Shown here piece after piece: positions 14,651 through 27,409 of a stretch of DNA of 64,000 nucleotides. The notes below the pieces were generated by a model. It had not been told where the DNA came from. It saw nothing but the letters and a program-made list of their open reading frames with translations, and ran no database searches. How positions within the stretch are numbered: position 1 is the first letter of the stretch; every line of letters starts with the position of its first letter. Made by a program: the position numbers and the translations under genes. Origin of the DNA: the human T2T-CHM13v2.0 reference genome, Homo sapiens. The stretch lies in the NCBI RefSeq assembly GCF_009914755.1, contig NC_060929.1, one strand, 5' to 3'.

Positions 14651-15920
14651 ATCAAACAAATATTGGACAAGTGCAATAATGGGAAGACAAAATAAAAAAC
14701 CCAGGTGCTAAGAGAAAGAATAATAAGAGAAATTTACTTTGCACAGGTTGGTCAGGAGGGGCTTCTCTGAGATCTCTGGTATTTCAGCTTCAACGTGACC
14801 GTGGACTAGCATCTGAGTGAATAGTTCTGGGAAAGCAGCTGCGTAGAAGAAAAGCCAAGAGAAAAGCTTGGAGGAGGGTAAGAGTTGGATAATTAGGGAA
14901 CTAAAAGAAGTCAGAGGATGGTGACCCAAGAAGGCAAAGTCTCTCTTCTTGAGAGTTTCTGAGTTGGGGGATGGTGTGGGTGAAGCTGGGAAATCAAAAT
15001 CATCACAAACAGTGTACAGGTTTGGAGCTGTGGGAGGACTTTTTAGCACAAGCAGGCAGCAGACTTTCCCCTGATAGCACTGTGTTAATACTACATAATT
15101 AGCCTGAGCTGTAAAATCCATTCTCTTTAGTCTGCACAGTCATTACATGGAGGAAGGAAGACACTTTTCAGGTAAACCTCCTTTCAGTATTGCAGCAACC
15201 AGAGTGCATTTGGAAGAAATAAGTCTGTGATTGTAATGGGAGGTCTCCATGTGGAATTAACACAAAACCTGCCTGTGAGGTACTGCTTTGAACTCTTCAC
15301 TAGTCCTTAGTCTGAAGTCATGGAGGCTGTGGCTGCGTGGTATATGGGTAAGAACTTTGGGATCTGAAGGCCTTGTCCTATTCATGGTGTCAACCTCTGT
15401 CTGGTGCCTGATATTCTAGTCAGTAGATGCACAATTATATCTATGGGATGGATATAAATAAATATTTTACTTACTTTAAAAACAGAAGTTTGAATGAAAA
15501 GGTCATGATACAGTATGACTGGTTACACCCCTGCTATCACACACACATACACACACACACACACGCCAAAGCCATAAAGAAAAGACTAGAAGTAAGTGGA
15601 GGAAACATACAGAAATGTTGACAGTGATTTTGTATATATATTATATGGAGGATCTATGGGAAAACTTAACTTATATTTTAAAATTTTGAATATTCCATAT
15701 TTTCTAGTAGATTATGCATATAATCTAATATATATTTCTGTAATTTTTAATTTTCTGTTTTTTGATGTGATTTTCTATAACATAATTTTTTTAATAGAAA
15801 TAAATAATTTAGTATAGGAAGAAAAAATGTTGTTAAAAATACCCTGTCTCCTCCTCTTAGGGGATGAACCATATTCACATATTTTTGATGGCTAATGGTC
15901 ATACATATATATGTAAGATT

Positions 15921-16043
15921 AGATAGATAGATAATAAAAAAGAAAGAAAGGAGAAAGAAAGAAAGAGAGAGAGAAAGAAAGAAAGGAAGGAGGAAAGAAA
16001 GAAAGGAAGGAGGAAAGAAAGAAAAAGAAAAAGAAAGAAAGAG

Positions 16044-16074
<31 letters not shown>

Positions 16075-16101
16075 GAGAAAGAGAGAAAGAAAAGAAAAGA
16101 A
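15921..16101. repeat. Short (GATA)n then compound (GAAA/GGAA)n polypurine microsatellite
   Basis: Directly visible; source of the F/S/L-rich spurious ORFs. Confidence 0.95.
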
Positions 16102-17889
16102 ATCCGGTATTTGGATATGCAAGGATAGACCTGAAGCATAGTCTAAGGGGGAGCTGAAAGCTGTAATTTTTGTGCCTGAGTAAACAACAAGAAATGTGGG
16201 TCTGCACCTGCATCTGGAGAGATGGAGAGCCTAGGAGACAGATGGGCCTGAGCAAAGTAATGACAGGCAGAATCCAAGAAAACATGGCCATGGAGAAATT
16301 TCCCATGATGGGGTTGCTGTAAATTATTGAGAATAGCAATGTCTGGCTTTCCGTGTTAATTTCTGGCAAGGAAACATCTTCTTACGGGCCAGGCCATATG
16401 CTTGGAGCTGGGGTTACAACGTTAAAAAGAGAGACAAGATCTCTGTTTTCCAGGATTTTGTGTTCTCGGGAGGGGGAGAATAATAATAGTAATATTTATA
16501 ATATTTATAATATGTATATAGCATTAAATATGCACCAAGCACTGTTCTCAGTGCTTTATATGTATTAACTCCTTTAATCCTCACAACAACCTCACAACAA
16601 TGAGCTCTTCATTTCACAGATGCAAAACTAAAGCACAAAAAAAATTAACTAGCCTAAGACCCTTTAGCTAGTAAATGGTGAGGTTGAGATTAGAACTCAT
16701 GTAGTCTGCCTCTAGGATTAGTAAATAAATGTAGTTATAGGCTGTAGTGAATGGCAGGAAAGGTATTTGCCGAGTATTTTGTTGACAAATAACTAGGCAG
16801 GATCCACTTTTGAAAGATTGGTCCTAGAAGCCCTTTAAAGTGGCATTTAAAGGGAAACCTAAATGATGAAAATGAGACATGTCTAAGCTGAGGTGAATAC
16901 TTTTCTATTATCCCCATACACAGCAAGTTGACTAGCTTTGGGGTTAATGGGGCTTTGGAAAATGAAGGAAGAAGGTGGTGGCAAAATGGTTCTCAAAAAG
17001 GGTGACCAAAGGAGCTAAGGCGGGGGGTGGAGATGACACTGACCAGGACTAGATATAACACATGCTCAATTTTCTCCAAAACACAGTAGGAGAAAATGAT
17101 TCTCAAATCAGAAGACCCAGGATGGTATTTACACGGACAATACAGAAAAAGGCAAACCAGGCAGTAGACACTAGGGTTACACATCAGAGACAGGAGCTGA
17201 CTGCAAAAGGGAAGTTGTAATCTCTTCCTCTCCACCCTCTTCAAAGTACCTTTTGCATAATATCCTTAAGGCCGTTTCCTAAGAGGCATTATTACAAGAT
17301 GGCATGATATAAAGTGCTACCAAATTAACCACGTTGCACAGTGTTCCAAATCTATGCCCACAATATACAACGAGATTTTTTAAAAGCAAGAAAATGAGCC
17401 TATTTTTAACAGAGGGATATGAATGGTAATGCTGCCCATTCATGAATGACCATTGCTAAGTGGAAAATTATTCTAACATATTTTATTATTCAAAAATCAT
17501 CAGGACTAAATAGCTGGTAAGATGAAGCTTTGGCTGTCCAAATAAGACTCATTCCAAACTATTGCCTTAAACTTTGGTACTGCTGAAAAGACTTTTGGTA
17601 GATTTGATATGTTTGCAGATGCATCTCCTTTGGTGCCATCCCTGCTGCTTCTGAAGAGCCCCTACACTTGGTGAGCAAAACCTGTTGAAAATTTCTGCTG
17701 ATTCCTGCCACTAGGAAGATTTTCTTAGAGAGCCAAAGGGCTTTCCCTCATGTGCTGCAGAGATCTTCATGCCTCTTCTGCCATTCCTTCTGCCCTCCCT
17801 TTGAACATTCACAGTTTCTTGGTGGCCTGGATTAGACTGTACCACTGAGACTATATGCTTTCAGTTAAAAAATATTTTCTTTAATCTTT

Positions 17890-18342
17890 GCAGTAATTCA
17901 TTTTGCTATAAAACAAATTACCCCAAACTCAGTGGCTTAACAAAACCCAACCATCTATCTCAGAGTTTTTGTAGGTCAGGAATTTGGAAGTGGCCCAGCT
18001 GAGTGGTACTGGTGCAGGGTCTTTCAGCAGATTGCATTCAAGATGTTGGCTGGGGCTGCAGTTATCTGAAAGCTTGACTGTGGCTGGAGGGTCAACAGCT
18101 AAGGTAGCTCACTCACATGGCTCCTTATCATGTGGGCCTCTCTACAGGGCTTCTTGAGTATCCTCATGAGCAATCCCTGAGAGAGTAAGGCAGAAGCCAT
18201 AATGTCTTTTAGGATCTAGCCTCAGAAGTCACACAATTTCCATAATATCTTAGTGGTTATACAGGTCAGCCCTTGTTAATGTAGAAGGAGACTACCAAGG
18301 GCACTTAGAATCATGGGGATAATCTTGGAGGCTAACTACCAC
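17890..18342 (-). mobile_element. MaLR LTR (MLT1 family)
   Basis: AACAAATTACCCCAAACTCAGTGGCTTAA...GTAGGTCAGGAATTTGG...GGAGGCTAACTACCACA. Confidence 0.7.
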
Positions 18343-18687
18343 ACCAGTGAAGGGTATGTACTCAGCCTCTGATTTAAACATATGGAAGCATGTAGAAATC
18401 AAACTGAACTGACCTGCTTAAAAAGATAGTCAGCTAGCACACTCCTTTCTATATGGTGATATAATTAATTCACTCATATTTATTTGGGGATAAATTATCT
18501 ATTTTGAAGATTATCAAAGTCGTTATCAAGATGATTATGATTAATCTTATTTTTATTTATAATCCCACTTATTGCATTCTACTAGGTGTCAATTATAGGG
18601 CTAGGCACTTTACCCACATTTAATCTTCACAATAATCCTGTGAGGTTGGTATTACCAGCTCCTCTTTACGGATAAGGAAATAGATGA

Positions 18688-19066
18688 AGAGTCTCCAGTT
18701 TACAAATAATCTAAAAGACCATTGAGTGTAAACGCCTCACAGAAGGGAACCTGTAGCTTGGAGAGTTTAAGAGACTCTTCTGCAGTCCATAGTGAATGAA
18801 TGACTGAGTTGGCACCAAAGCCCTGGCCTTCTAAGTCTGGGAAAAGTTCTCTTTCAATTACATGAAGCAGCTTTCTTGTGATATTTTCTCCTAACCAAAA
18901 AGCTAGAACTCTGATAAGACATCTAATCTCTGTGAGTCTGTTAAAATGGGTATAACAATAGAACTTATAAAGTGCTGTGAGGATTTCATGAGCAAATGAA
19001 TGTAAAGTGCCAAGTGCAGTGCCTGCCACACATCAAGCACTCATCATATGATAGCTCTTATTCCTG
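18688..19066 (+). repeat. 379-bp duplicated segment, copy 1 (donor; MIR-derived)
   Basis: Identical to 21251-21629 on base-by-base reading; the ORF track gives the same 109-aa translation at offset 2563. Confidence 0.97.
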
Positions 19067-20794
19067 TCATTGTCAGTATCATTACTGATTTACGAACAGG
19101 AAAACTAATCTAAGCCATCATTCAGCACCTTGATGGTGGGGATCATGCATTAAAGTCAGCGCTGTGCTGGACTCCACATCACCCTTCCTAATCAAATCAA
19201 TCTGCTGAGCTGGCATAACATATTATGAACTAGCCAGTCTCTTCTTTACTCTAGTACCAGGGGCACACACCTCTCACTTAAATCCAGCCAGGGGCACGTG
19301 ACCCTTACTTTGGCTAAAAGCTGGATTTAAGATGTTTCCAGTTGGCGTGCATTTTTATATTTTAATAGTTATGTATTTATCTTAATAAGTATTAGAAAAA
19401 TAAAACTAGTAGATAAAACCACTGATTTAATTGATAATCTTCCCTTGGGGAGGCTAAAATGGATGGATTTATGGAAGAATATTAAGTAAATAAATAAATG
19501 GTGGCATGCAATTACAATAAGAATTGTAAAGATGAAATGTAAATTAAGTTTTGGAAGCACTGATTTAACATATGTTGAAAATAATGATAGAGATTTGACA
19601 GTTCATAATAGCTTTGTTTATTGTTATTATTCTTTTTATTTTGCCAGTGTACTCTCTTCTGAGGTAGCTCAGCCTGTGTTCTTTTTACACATACCACTCC
19701 ATGCCTCTCTTCTTGTTCTAACCTTGCCTTAGAAATTATTTTCCACTCTCTTTACTTAGATAATTCCTCTGATCCTTTAAACTTTGGATTAGGCATGGTC
19801 TCATTTGAGAAGAAGGAATCTCCATTGCCCTTTCAATCCAGGCTCCCAAAGCATCGTCTTTATACCTCTATCCCTGCATTTAGCACTTTGTACAGAAATT
19901 AAATAATTTTATGCCTCTCTCCCCTACTTTTCTGGAGCCCTATTTGTCTTCACATCCCCAGCACCGAACACCGTGCTGGCATAGGGAAGACATTCAGTTA
20001 ATGGTTACCTGAAATGAGCTATTACCACAGACTGAAAAAGAAATACAAGCAATGTTCCTTCTTGCTGGTCCCTTAAAACTCACTGCTTGTCCAATGCACA
20101 GGGGCAATCATGAAAGAGCTTTGTAACTATTCTGTTTTATTCATGAACCTAGTGGCTATTAAATATTTCTCAGCTTGTCAAGTGTGGGAAAGGCAAGAGA
20201 TGAATATGGTGAAGAAACAGTAGCATTGTTCAGGCTCTAGAATGCACAAACTTCTATTTGCTGTAACTGGTAACCTGGTTTGAACTGGTAACTTTTAATT
20301 AGAACAAAACCTTGGGGAAAAAAAAATCCCTCCCACATGCAAATGCTTCCATCTGTGATCCTATTAAACATTTGCTAGTTCAGCAAAAACTTGCCAAACT
20401 GCCACATTATCTCTTCTTCTTGATAATTAACATTTGATCCAGCAATGAGGAATGGTGGAACAAACATAGACTATGGGACTCATTTTAAACAAACTGAGTA
20501 TTAAATAAAACAAGCCTGCAACTTCATTAAAGTCCTGAATAACTTGCCAGAAATTGCTTTCTCCTCTAGTGTGATGAATCACTAGACTAGGTGATTTCCA
20601 TCAGGACAGGAAAGAAAAGTGTATTGGAAGAGTGAAGAGATTTAGATTCTATCTCTAATTTTGCTTTTGGGTAAGGCTTTGGGCAAGGCAGTGAACCTAC
20701 TTAGACATTAGTTTCTCCTATAAATTAGGGGATTGAACTAGGTTATCCTAGGACTTTTCTAGGTCTAAAAAACTATCTTTAGTTCATTTATACA

Positions 20795-21730
20795 TATAAT
20801 AAATATTTATTGAGCATCCCCTCTGTGGTAGGCATGGTTCTGGTCTTTGCGGGTAGTCAGTAGCAAGATAGATGAGGTCTCTGCTCTACTGAGACTGGGT
20901 GATGAAGATAAGCCTTAAGCAAGTGATTATGCATGATTGGACAAATAATTATTTAAGCGTGGTTGCACTAAGCATGTTGAAAAGGGCAGAGTAGCATGAC
21001 CATACATGGTCAGGAGACCTAGAGTAGCCCCAGAGGTCAGAGAATGCTTCCCTGAGGAAGTGAGATTTGACAGCTACTATCTGAAAGATGGGTAGGGGTG
21101 GCCCAGGGCAAGAACAGGGAGAAGACTGATCCAAGTAGAGGAAAGAAACTGGGTGTTTGAAGAACTAAGAGTAACCAGTGAGGGGCTGGGAAGTCACATG
21201 AGCTGAAGCTGGAGAGGCCAGCTGTGCAGCCAGTCCATGCGGGACTTTATAGAGTCTCCAGTTTACAAATAATCTAAAAGACCATTGAGTGTAAACGCCT
21301 CACAGAAGGGAACCTGTAGCTTGGAGAGTTTAAGAGACTCTTCTGCAGTCCATAGTGAATGAATGACTGAGTTGGCACCAAAGCCCTGGCCTTCTAAGTC
21401 TGGGAAAAGTTCTCTTTCAATTACATGAAGCAGCTTTCTTGTGATATTTTCTCCTAACCAAAAAGCTAGAACTCTGATAAGACATCTAATCTCTGTGAGT
21501 CTGTTAAAATGGGTATAACAATAGAACTTATAAAGTGCTGTGAGGATTTCATGAGCAAATGAATGTAAAGTGCCAAGTGCAGTGCCTGCCACACATCAAG
21601 CACTCATCATATGATAGCTCTTATTCCTGGAATAAGCTCTTATAGGTCATGGAAAATTTAATCTCCTTCAGTGGTAAAAGGAAGCTGTCATTAAAGGTGA
21701 TATAATTAGAAGTGAAAAGATTCACAGTAA
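20795..21730. mobile_element. L2 element split by the 379-bp insertion
   Basis: AAATATTTATTGAGCA...GAATGCTTCCCTGAGGAAGTGAGATTTGA...GCCAGTCCATGCGGGACTTTATAG | GTCATGG reads as continuous L2-like sequence once the insert is removed. Confidence 0.7.
21251..21629 (+). repeat. 379-bp duplicated segment, copy 2 (inserted copy)
   Basis: Identical to 18688-19066; bounded by TTATAG repeats with a short templated scar. Confidence 0.97.
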
Positions 21731-23549
21731 CTCTGACTAAGGAAACTTACTTCTCTCTGTCCTTATCCCCAAACTATAATAGGCTCTGGTTGGCAAGATC
21801 TTAAATTGGATTCTTCTGGATTCACTATTGCAGAAGAAATATTGTAATCTGAGGCTTCTTTAGGGTTCTTGAGTAATTCTACATGGCTTCCGGACCTCTA
21901 ACCCTTGCAAATAATCATGTGCTTATTTTGCACATTACTGCAATATTCCAGGAAAGAATATGCTGGTAGAACCTTAAGCAGACCTTCACTGATGGGTTCC
22001 CACACAAATGCTCTAGGCAGGAAATAGCACCTTTGTAAGAACCATCATGGACAATGTTTTGAAGGAAGTCAGCATATTTTTTGCCTTTTGAACTCTATAA
22101 AGCTCACTTTCCCCATTTCTCTTCTTCTCTTTGTAAAAGATCTAATAGCTTCCATTTAGAAGTTGAGGTGAATTAAAGTCATGTGCTCTCCTTTTTTCAA
22201 GGACACTAGCATTCTAGATTTAACTCCTATTGCAGATGGAAAGGCTTTGTACTCTATTTTAAGACTCTTAGAAATCAGCCAGCTGGTGGGAAAGAAATTG
22301 CGGAAGTTTGGGCAGTGAAAGGGTTGAGTTGAGGATCTTCACAAGTGTGCCTGTGTATATTTTGACCACATGTGTCACGCTAACCATGAACTATGTAGGA
22401 GCCACTTGGAAATTGGTTATAGCAAAAATTCCCTAATAAATATCCTGGGAGGTTTATCTATTTTTTATTCTACCTAAACAAAAGTATTGGTTTTTTCCCC
22501 CGCTTTTAAAACTACAACCATTTCAGTGGTATGCATTGTTGCTATTCTTGATGCCTGACCATATACAAGTCAATCCAATTATTGGACCAAAACCTTTCTC
22601 TAGGACCGATTTGGAGTTCACAATCAATATAGTAATGCACCATATTTGCCACTTATACTTGGTTACTTTGCCTATCTGATTTATAGACAATTGAGCTGCC
22701 AACAAAAAAGAAAGAAGGAGAAAAATAGGTCACGCTAAGTCCAGGCCCTTTATTTCATGGAAGAGCTTTGGAGTATGGAACTGGTTTACTAACTGAGACT
22801 CCAGCAAAAAACCCATGTGTCTGATGACCTGCTTTACTATGAAGGTTAGTTAGTCACTTAGCAATGAATCAGGAAGGTCTGCTGGAGGTTGTGGTAGTAA
22901 GAAGGTGCATATTCAGATAATGAAGTGACAGCAGAGGTACCCAAGTAACTACGTTCTGCTATCTATGGCCAAACTGCAATAGTCTTTAAAAGTTATCAGT
23001 ATTTTAAAAAAATGGTGTAGTATCATGTTTAAGAACATAGATTTTGGATTCCAGTTTGACCACTTCATAGCTATGTGACCTTGGACAATATTATTTACCT
23101 ATCTATGCTTGAGTTTCCTTAATTATAAAATAGGCATAATAACACCTAAGGCTGTGGTGAGTAGGGTAAGTCTTCAGTGAGCCAAATTTTAAGTGGATGC
23201 CACAAAATCATATTTTAACGTAATTTAAAAACAACCTCAAATTTAATGCAAAAAAAAACCATGATGAACAAAATATCAAAAAGGCTTTGTGTGTGAATGA
23301 CTGAAAATACTGACCTTTAAATCTCTTGGAATTTTAACAAAAGGTTGTAGAGTCACATACACAGCCTTTTCTCACTGCCACTGTTGGGTAGCCATTTTGA
23401 ACTTTCAGTATCTTTTGATTTAAAGAGTCTGAGAATGTTCACAATTATCCAGTCTTGCTTATGCCATATTATTGACTCATTTTATTTTGTTTGTTTTACT
23501 TCCCCCACTAGAATTTAATCTCTATGAAGGCATGGATTTTCTAAAACAT

Positions 23550-24000
23550 GTTGAAGCTGAAATAGTTTTAGATTTACAGAAAAGCTGCAAAGGTAATAGA
23601 GATAATTCCCATATATTCTTCATCCAGCCTCCCGAATGTTAACATCTTATAAAATCATGGTACATTGATTAAAACCAAGAAATTGATCTTCATAGTATTG
23701 GCACAATAGTATCGAATGAACTATATATTTCATGTAGATTTCTCCAGTTTTTCTATTAACATAATTTTTCTGTTTCAGGATCCAATTCAGGATTCACATT
23801 GCATTTAGTCATTATGGCTCTTTAATCTCCCCCAATTTGTGACAGTTTCCTCTTTCTCTTTCTGCTTTTCATGACCTTGACACTTTTGAAGAATACTAGT
23901 CAGATATTTAATCAAATGACCTTCAGTTTTGGTTTGTCTGATATTTTCTCGTGATTAGACTAAGGTTATGAATTTTGGGAAAGAATATCAGAAGTGATTA
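23550..24000 (-). mobile_element. Ancient L1 (L1MC-like) 3' fragment
   Basis: TTTAGATTTACAGAAAAGCTGCAAA...CAGGATCCAATTCAGGAT...CATGACCTTGACACTTTTGAAGAATACT. Confidence 0.7.
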
Positions 24001-25395
24001 AAGTACATTAAAAAAATCTCATTCAGTGATGTTTCCTCAGCATCTAGAATTGTGCTTGGCATATAGGAACATTAAAATATTTGTCAGTTATTTGAGACAG
24101 AACTTATATGCATCTACCTGATGATGTCATGGCTGAATGATGTGTATATACAGATTTATAGCTATTAATTTTTTTCTAAAAAAAATGCTTGTAAAAGGTT
24201 TCTAAAGAAAACTGACTTCACTGAGACATGTACTTACATCCTAAATCAAGGTGAAAATGCTGTTTTTAATTAACTCTAAGTTATTGACTGTCAGAAAACA
24301 AACAAAAGACACGAAAATATAAGAAAGCTAGATTTAAGTACAGTGTATGAGATTCAAAAAATACTCACTAGTTTCTCTGCCAAATCATACAATGTTTTAC
24401 ACTTAAGTAAGAGTTGGAATTTGTAGAAGGGAAGCAGGTGGGTCTTGCTATGCTCTGTATTGCCAGCATCCAACATCTTATGTGCCCCTCATGGGTGCTT
24501 TACATGAGCATTTGCTTACCCCAATCTGTGCTACTCAACATACTGCACGAGGAAGTGCATACTGGTTCCTAGGCAGCCACTCCAAGTGGTTCGGCAGAAA
24601 TGTCACAGGCTAATGTTGAGTCAAACAAATAATCATTCAAATTCTAGTTCTACTAGGGCAAGTTTCTTGAGCTTCCTGAATTCCATTTTCTTTGTGTATA
24701 AAAATGGAAAGCCTTTTTACCTTTGTTGTCAGAGGTGAAACAAAGTGTTTTTTTTTTATTTTTATTTTTCAAAATGTTCAGCAGGAATCCTAGCACATAG
24801 AGGATGGTCAATAAAGAATCTTTCTTATCTTTCCTTCTGTTTCTTTTCAGCTTCTCATCCTCTCTCCTGGTGAAGATGGGAGGGTTCCATTATAATAGAC
24901 CACTGCCCACAAGGAGGCACACTATTGACAGACAGAACCGGGAAAACGTGTTTGTCGATTTGCCACTCAGAAGTGGCATGACCTTGGATAGGTTATTAAC
25001 TAACCCTTTTTTTTTATCTGTATAAAGGAGATACCAGTAATTACCTCAAAGAGATGCTGTGAGGATGCATAAAATGCTTAGGACTCTGCCTGAAACAAGT
25101 AATTCCTAATACATACTGCTTGTTGTTATAGTGGATAGTTACATTTTATGCACATGGCAGGTGATGGTAAGACAGCTATGCGAGGGAGAAGAGGAAAATA
25201 AAACCAGATTTATTATGAAGAAAATGAAAAACAGCGAATGATGTATTATAAGAAGAGAATAATTTTGCCTGGCTCAGTAGGTACTTTAGAGCTGACTCTA
25301 AACCTTTCATGATTTAAACTTAACAGTAAGGGATAGGGAGAGGGGAAGGGGACATTGCTCTCAATTATTGTAGCATTTCCAGAGGTTTGAAACAT

Positions 25396-25552
25396 GGGTC
25401 AGCAAATCTTTTCTAGGAGAGGTCAGATAGTAGATATTTTAGGCTTCAGGGACCACATACAGTCTCTATGTCCTATTTTGTTGTTTTCTCAGAACATTTT
25501 TAAAGCATAAATACAATTCTTTGGTCCACTGACCAAGGTCTGCTGATCCCTG
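25396..25552. mobile_element. MER58A-like hAT-Charlie element
   Basis: GGGTCAGCAAA...GGTCAGATAGTAGATATTTTAGGCTT...TGCTGATCCCTG inverted termini. Confidence 0.65.
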
Positions 25553-26762
25553 GTAAAGTCAATTACTATATTTGAGAGAAATTTGAAGAAAGATGTAATG
25601 AGGAGGTGAGCTTAAGGGTTAGAGCATTATATATTTGCTGTTAAGGGAGAGGAAGAGAATTGCAGAATGGACAATTAAACCCCTTGTCAAAACCACAGAA
25701 TGGAAGCAAGAAAAACCCAGAGTCAAAATCCAAGGCTTGGAAAAACATTCCTTTCATATATAGATAGCTCGTGATTTATTTGCGACAAAACCAGCAGGAA
25801 ATTCATTTGGCCAAAGCTGTTTATAACTATTAGAAGATAATTCTCCATGGGCCGCTTAGGTTTCTGCACATCACGTGAGCAAGGCACTCACTGCTCCTTT
25901 GTTCCAGACTGTCTTTTGATGAACATCTGTGCAGTGAACAGCCTTGTAAGATAGAGATGGTGTCTCCCTCTGGAGCACGGACCAGGCATGCTTACTGACT
26001 ATCCTAGAAGATCTGGGTTCCCTAAAATAAGGCTGTTTTTCTGTAACACACCCACTGCATGTGATCATCTGGCCTTCTTAATGATGGAAAAGAATGCTAG
26101 GGTAGCTGTCTTTTATCTCTTACCCAAGAGCCTCATGTCATCTGTCAACATCCATGAAACTCTGGCAGATTTACTTCTTAGCTCGTAAGTAGGAAAATAT
26201 CTCAACCCTTTCACATGTTTGGTAGTGATAGAAATAACAATGAGGGACTAGTTAAAGCAAGACAGCTAGAACACTGTTTAAAAATTTACCTTTAAAAACA
26301 CGTTTAGGAACATCTTTAAATGGTATGATACACTGAAACAGGAAAGAAGGTGGAACGACATGGTAAACAGTGACCTATTTAGCCTGCGTGGGTGATTTGG
26401 GTGAAAGTATCACATCGCCAAGGTCCCCCTCACATCTAATTTGGCCATTTACCTACTAAAATTGTACACATTGTTCAAAGGGCTTCTCAAATACCACTTT
26501 TCCTGGAAGGGACCTTTTCTTCAAAGCTCAATAATTTATACTGCTTCCATTAGCATACCATTTCAATAGTAGTGGTCTCATGGACTTGTTGGCTTATCCT
26601 AAATGATAAATCCAAAAGATTCTAGAATGTGTATGTTGTTAATAAATGTGTATGTTTTCATTTCTTTAGCTATTATGGTTATTGTGCCAGTCTTATGTAG
26701 ATTGTAAGCTCATTGAGATTAACGATCCACTTTTATTTATCTTTGTACCCAAATTAGGTATT

Positions 26763-27409
26763 TGTTATAGGCTGAATTGTCCTACCTCCCCCGAAATTCA
26801 TATGTTGTAGTCCTAATCCCCAGGACCTCAGAATATACTGTATTTGGGAGATAAGGTCAACATACAAGGAATTCAGTTAAAATAACATCATTAGGATGGG
26901 CTCTAATCCAGTGTAACTGGTATCCTTACAAGAATCAGGAATTTGGACCCAGATACAGAGGGGAGACCGTGTGAAGACACAGGGAGAAGATGGCCACCTG
27001 AAAGCCAAGCAGAGGCCTCAAAAGAAGTCAACCCTGTCGGGGGCAGTGGTGCGTGTCTGTAGTCCCAAGCACTAGGGAGGCTGAGGCAGGAGGATCGCTT
27101 GAGTCCAGGAGTTCTGGGCTGTAGTACCCTATGTTGACTGGGTGTCTGCACTAAGTTTGGCATCAATATGGTGACCCTCCCAGGAGTGGGGGGGGCCATC
27201 AGATTTCCTAAGGAGGGGTTAACTGGCCCCGGTCAGAAGGGGAGCAGGTCAAAACTCCCATGCTGACCAGAAGAAATCAACACTGCTGACACCTAAGCTC
27301 AGACTTTGAGCCTCCAGAACTATGAGAAAATAACAAGAAGAAATGAATTTCCATTGTTTAAGTCAAAGTCTGTAGGACATTGTTATTGTGATCCAAATAA
27401 ACTAATACA
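26763..27409 (+). mobile_element. MaLR LTR (MLT1A/B-like), interrupted by a 7SL retrocopy
   Basis: TGTTATAGGCTGAATTGT...CTAATCCAGTGTAACTGGTATCCTTA...GCCTCCAGAACTATGAGAAAATAA...ACTAATACA; 5-bp flanks GTATT/GTGTT. Confidence 0.85.
27036..27270 (+). pseudogene. 7SL (SRP) RNA retropseudogene, 3'-truncated, no poly(A)
   Basis: Contains 7SL S-domain sequence absent from Alu: GAGTTCTGGGCTGTAGT...GCACTAAGTTTGGCATCAATATGGTGACC...CCTAAGGAGGGGT...GGAGCAGGTCAAAACTCCC; ends at GCTGACCAG. Confidence 0.95.

Noticed and set aside
15747-16369. Hydrophobic F/S/L-rich ORFs resembling membrane proteins
   Set aside because: Reverse translation of the (GAAA)n microsatellite
18700-21592. Two identical 109-aa ORFs as a duplicated small gene
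   Set aside because: GTG start, MIR-derived, no promoter or splice support; identity simply reflects the DNA duplication
27036-27270. Functional SRP RNA gene
   Set aside because: 3' end and pol III terminator missing, many substitutions, inserted in an LTR with a TSD
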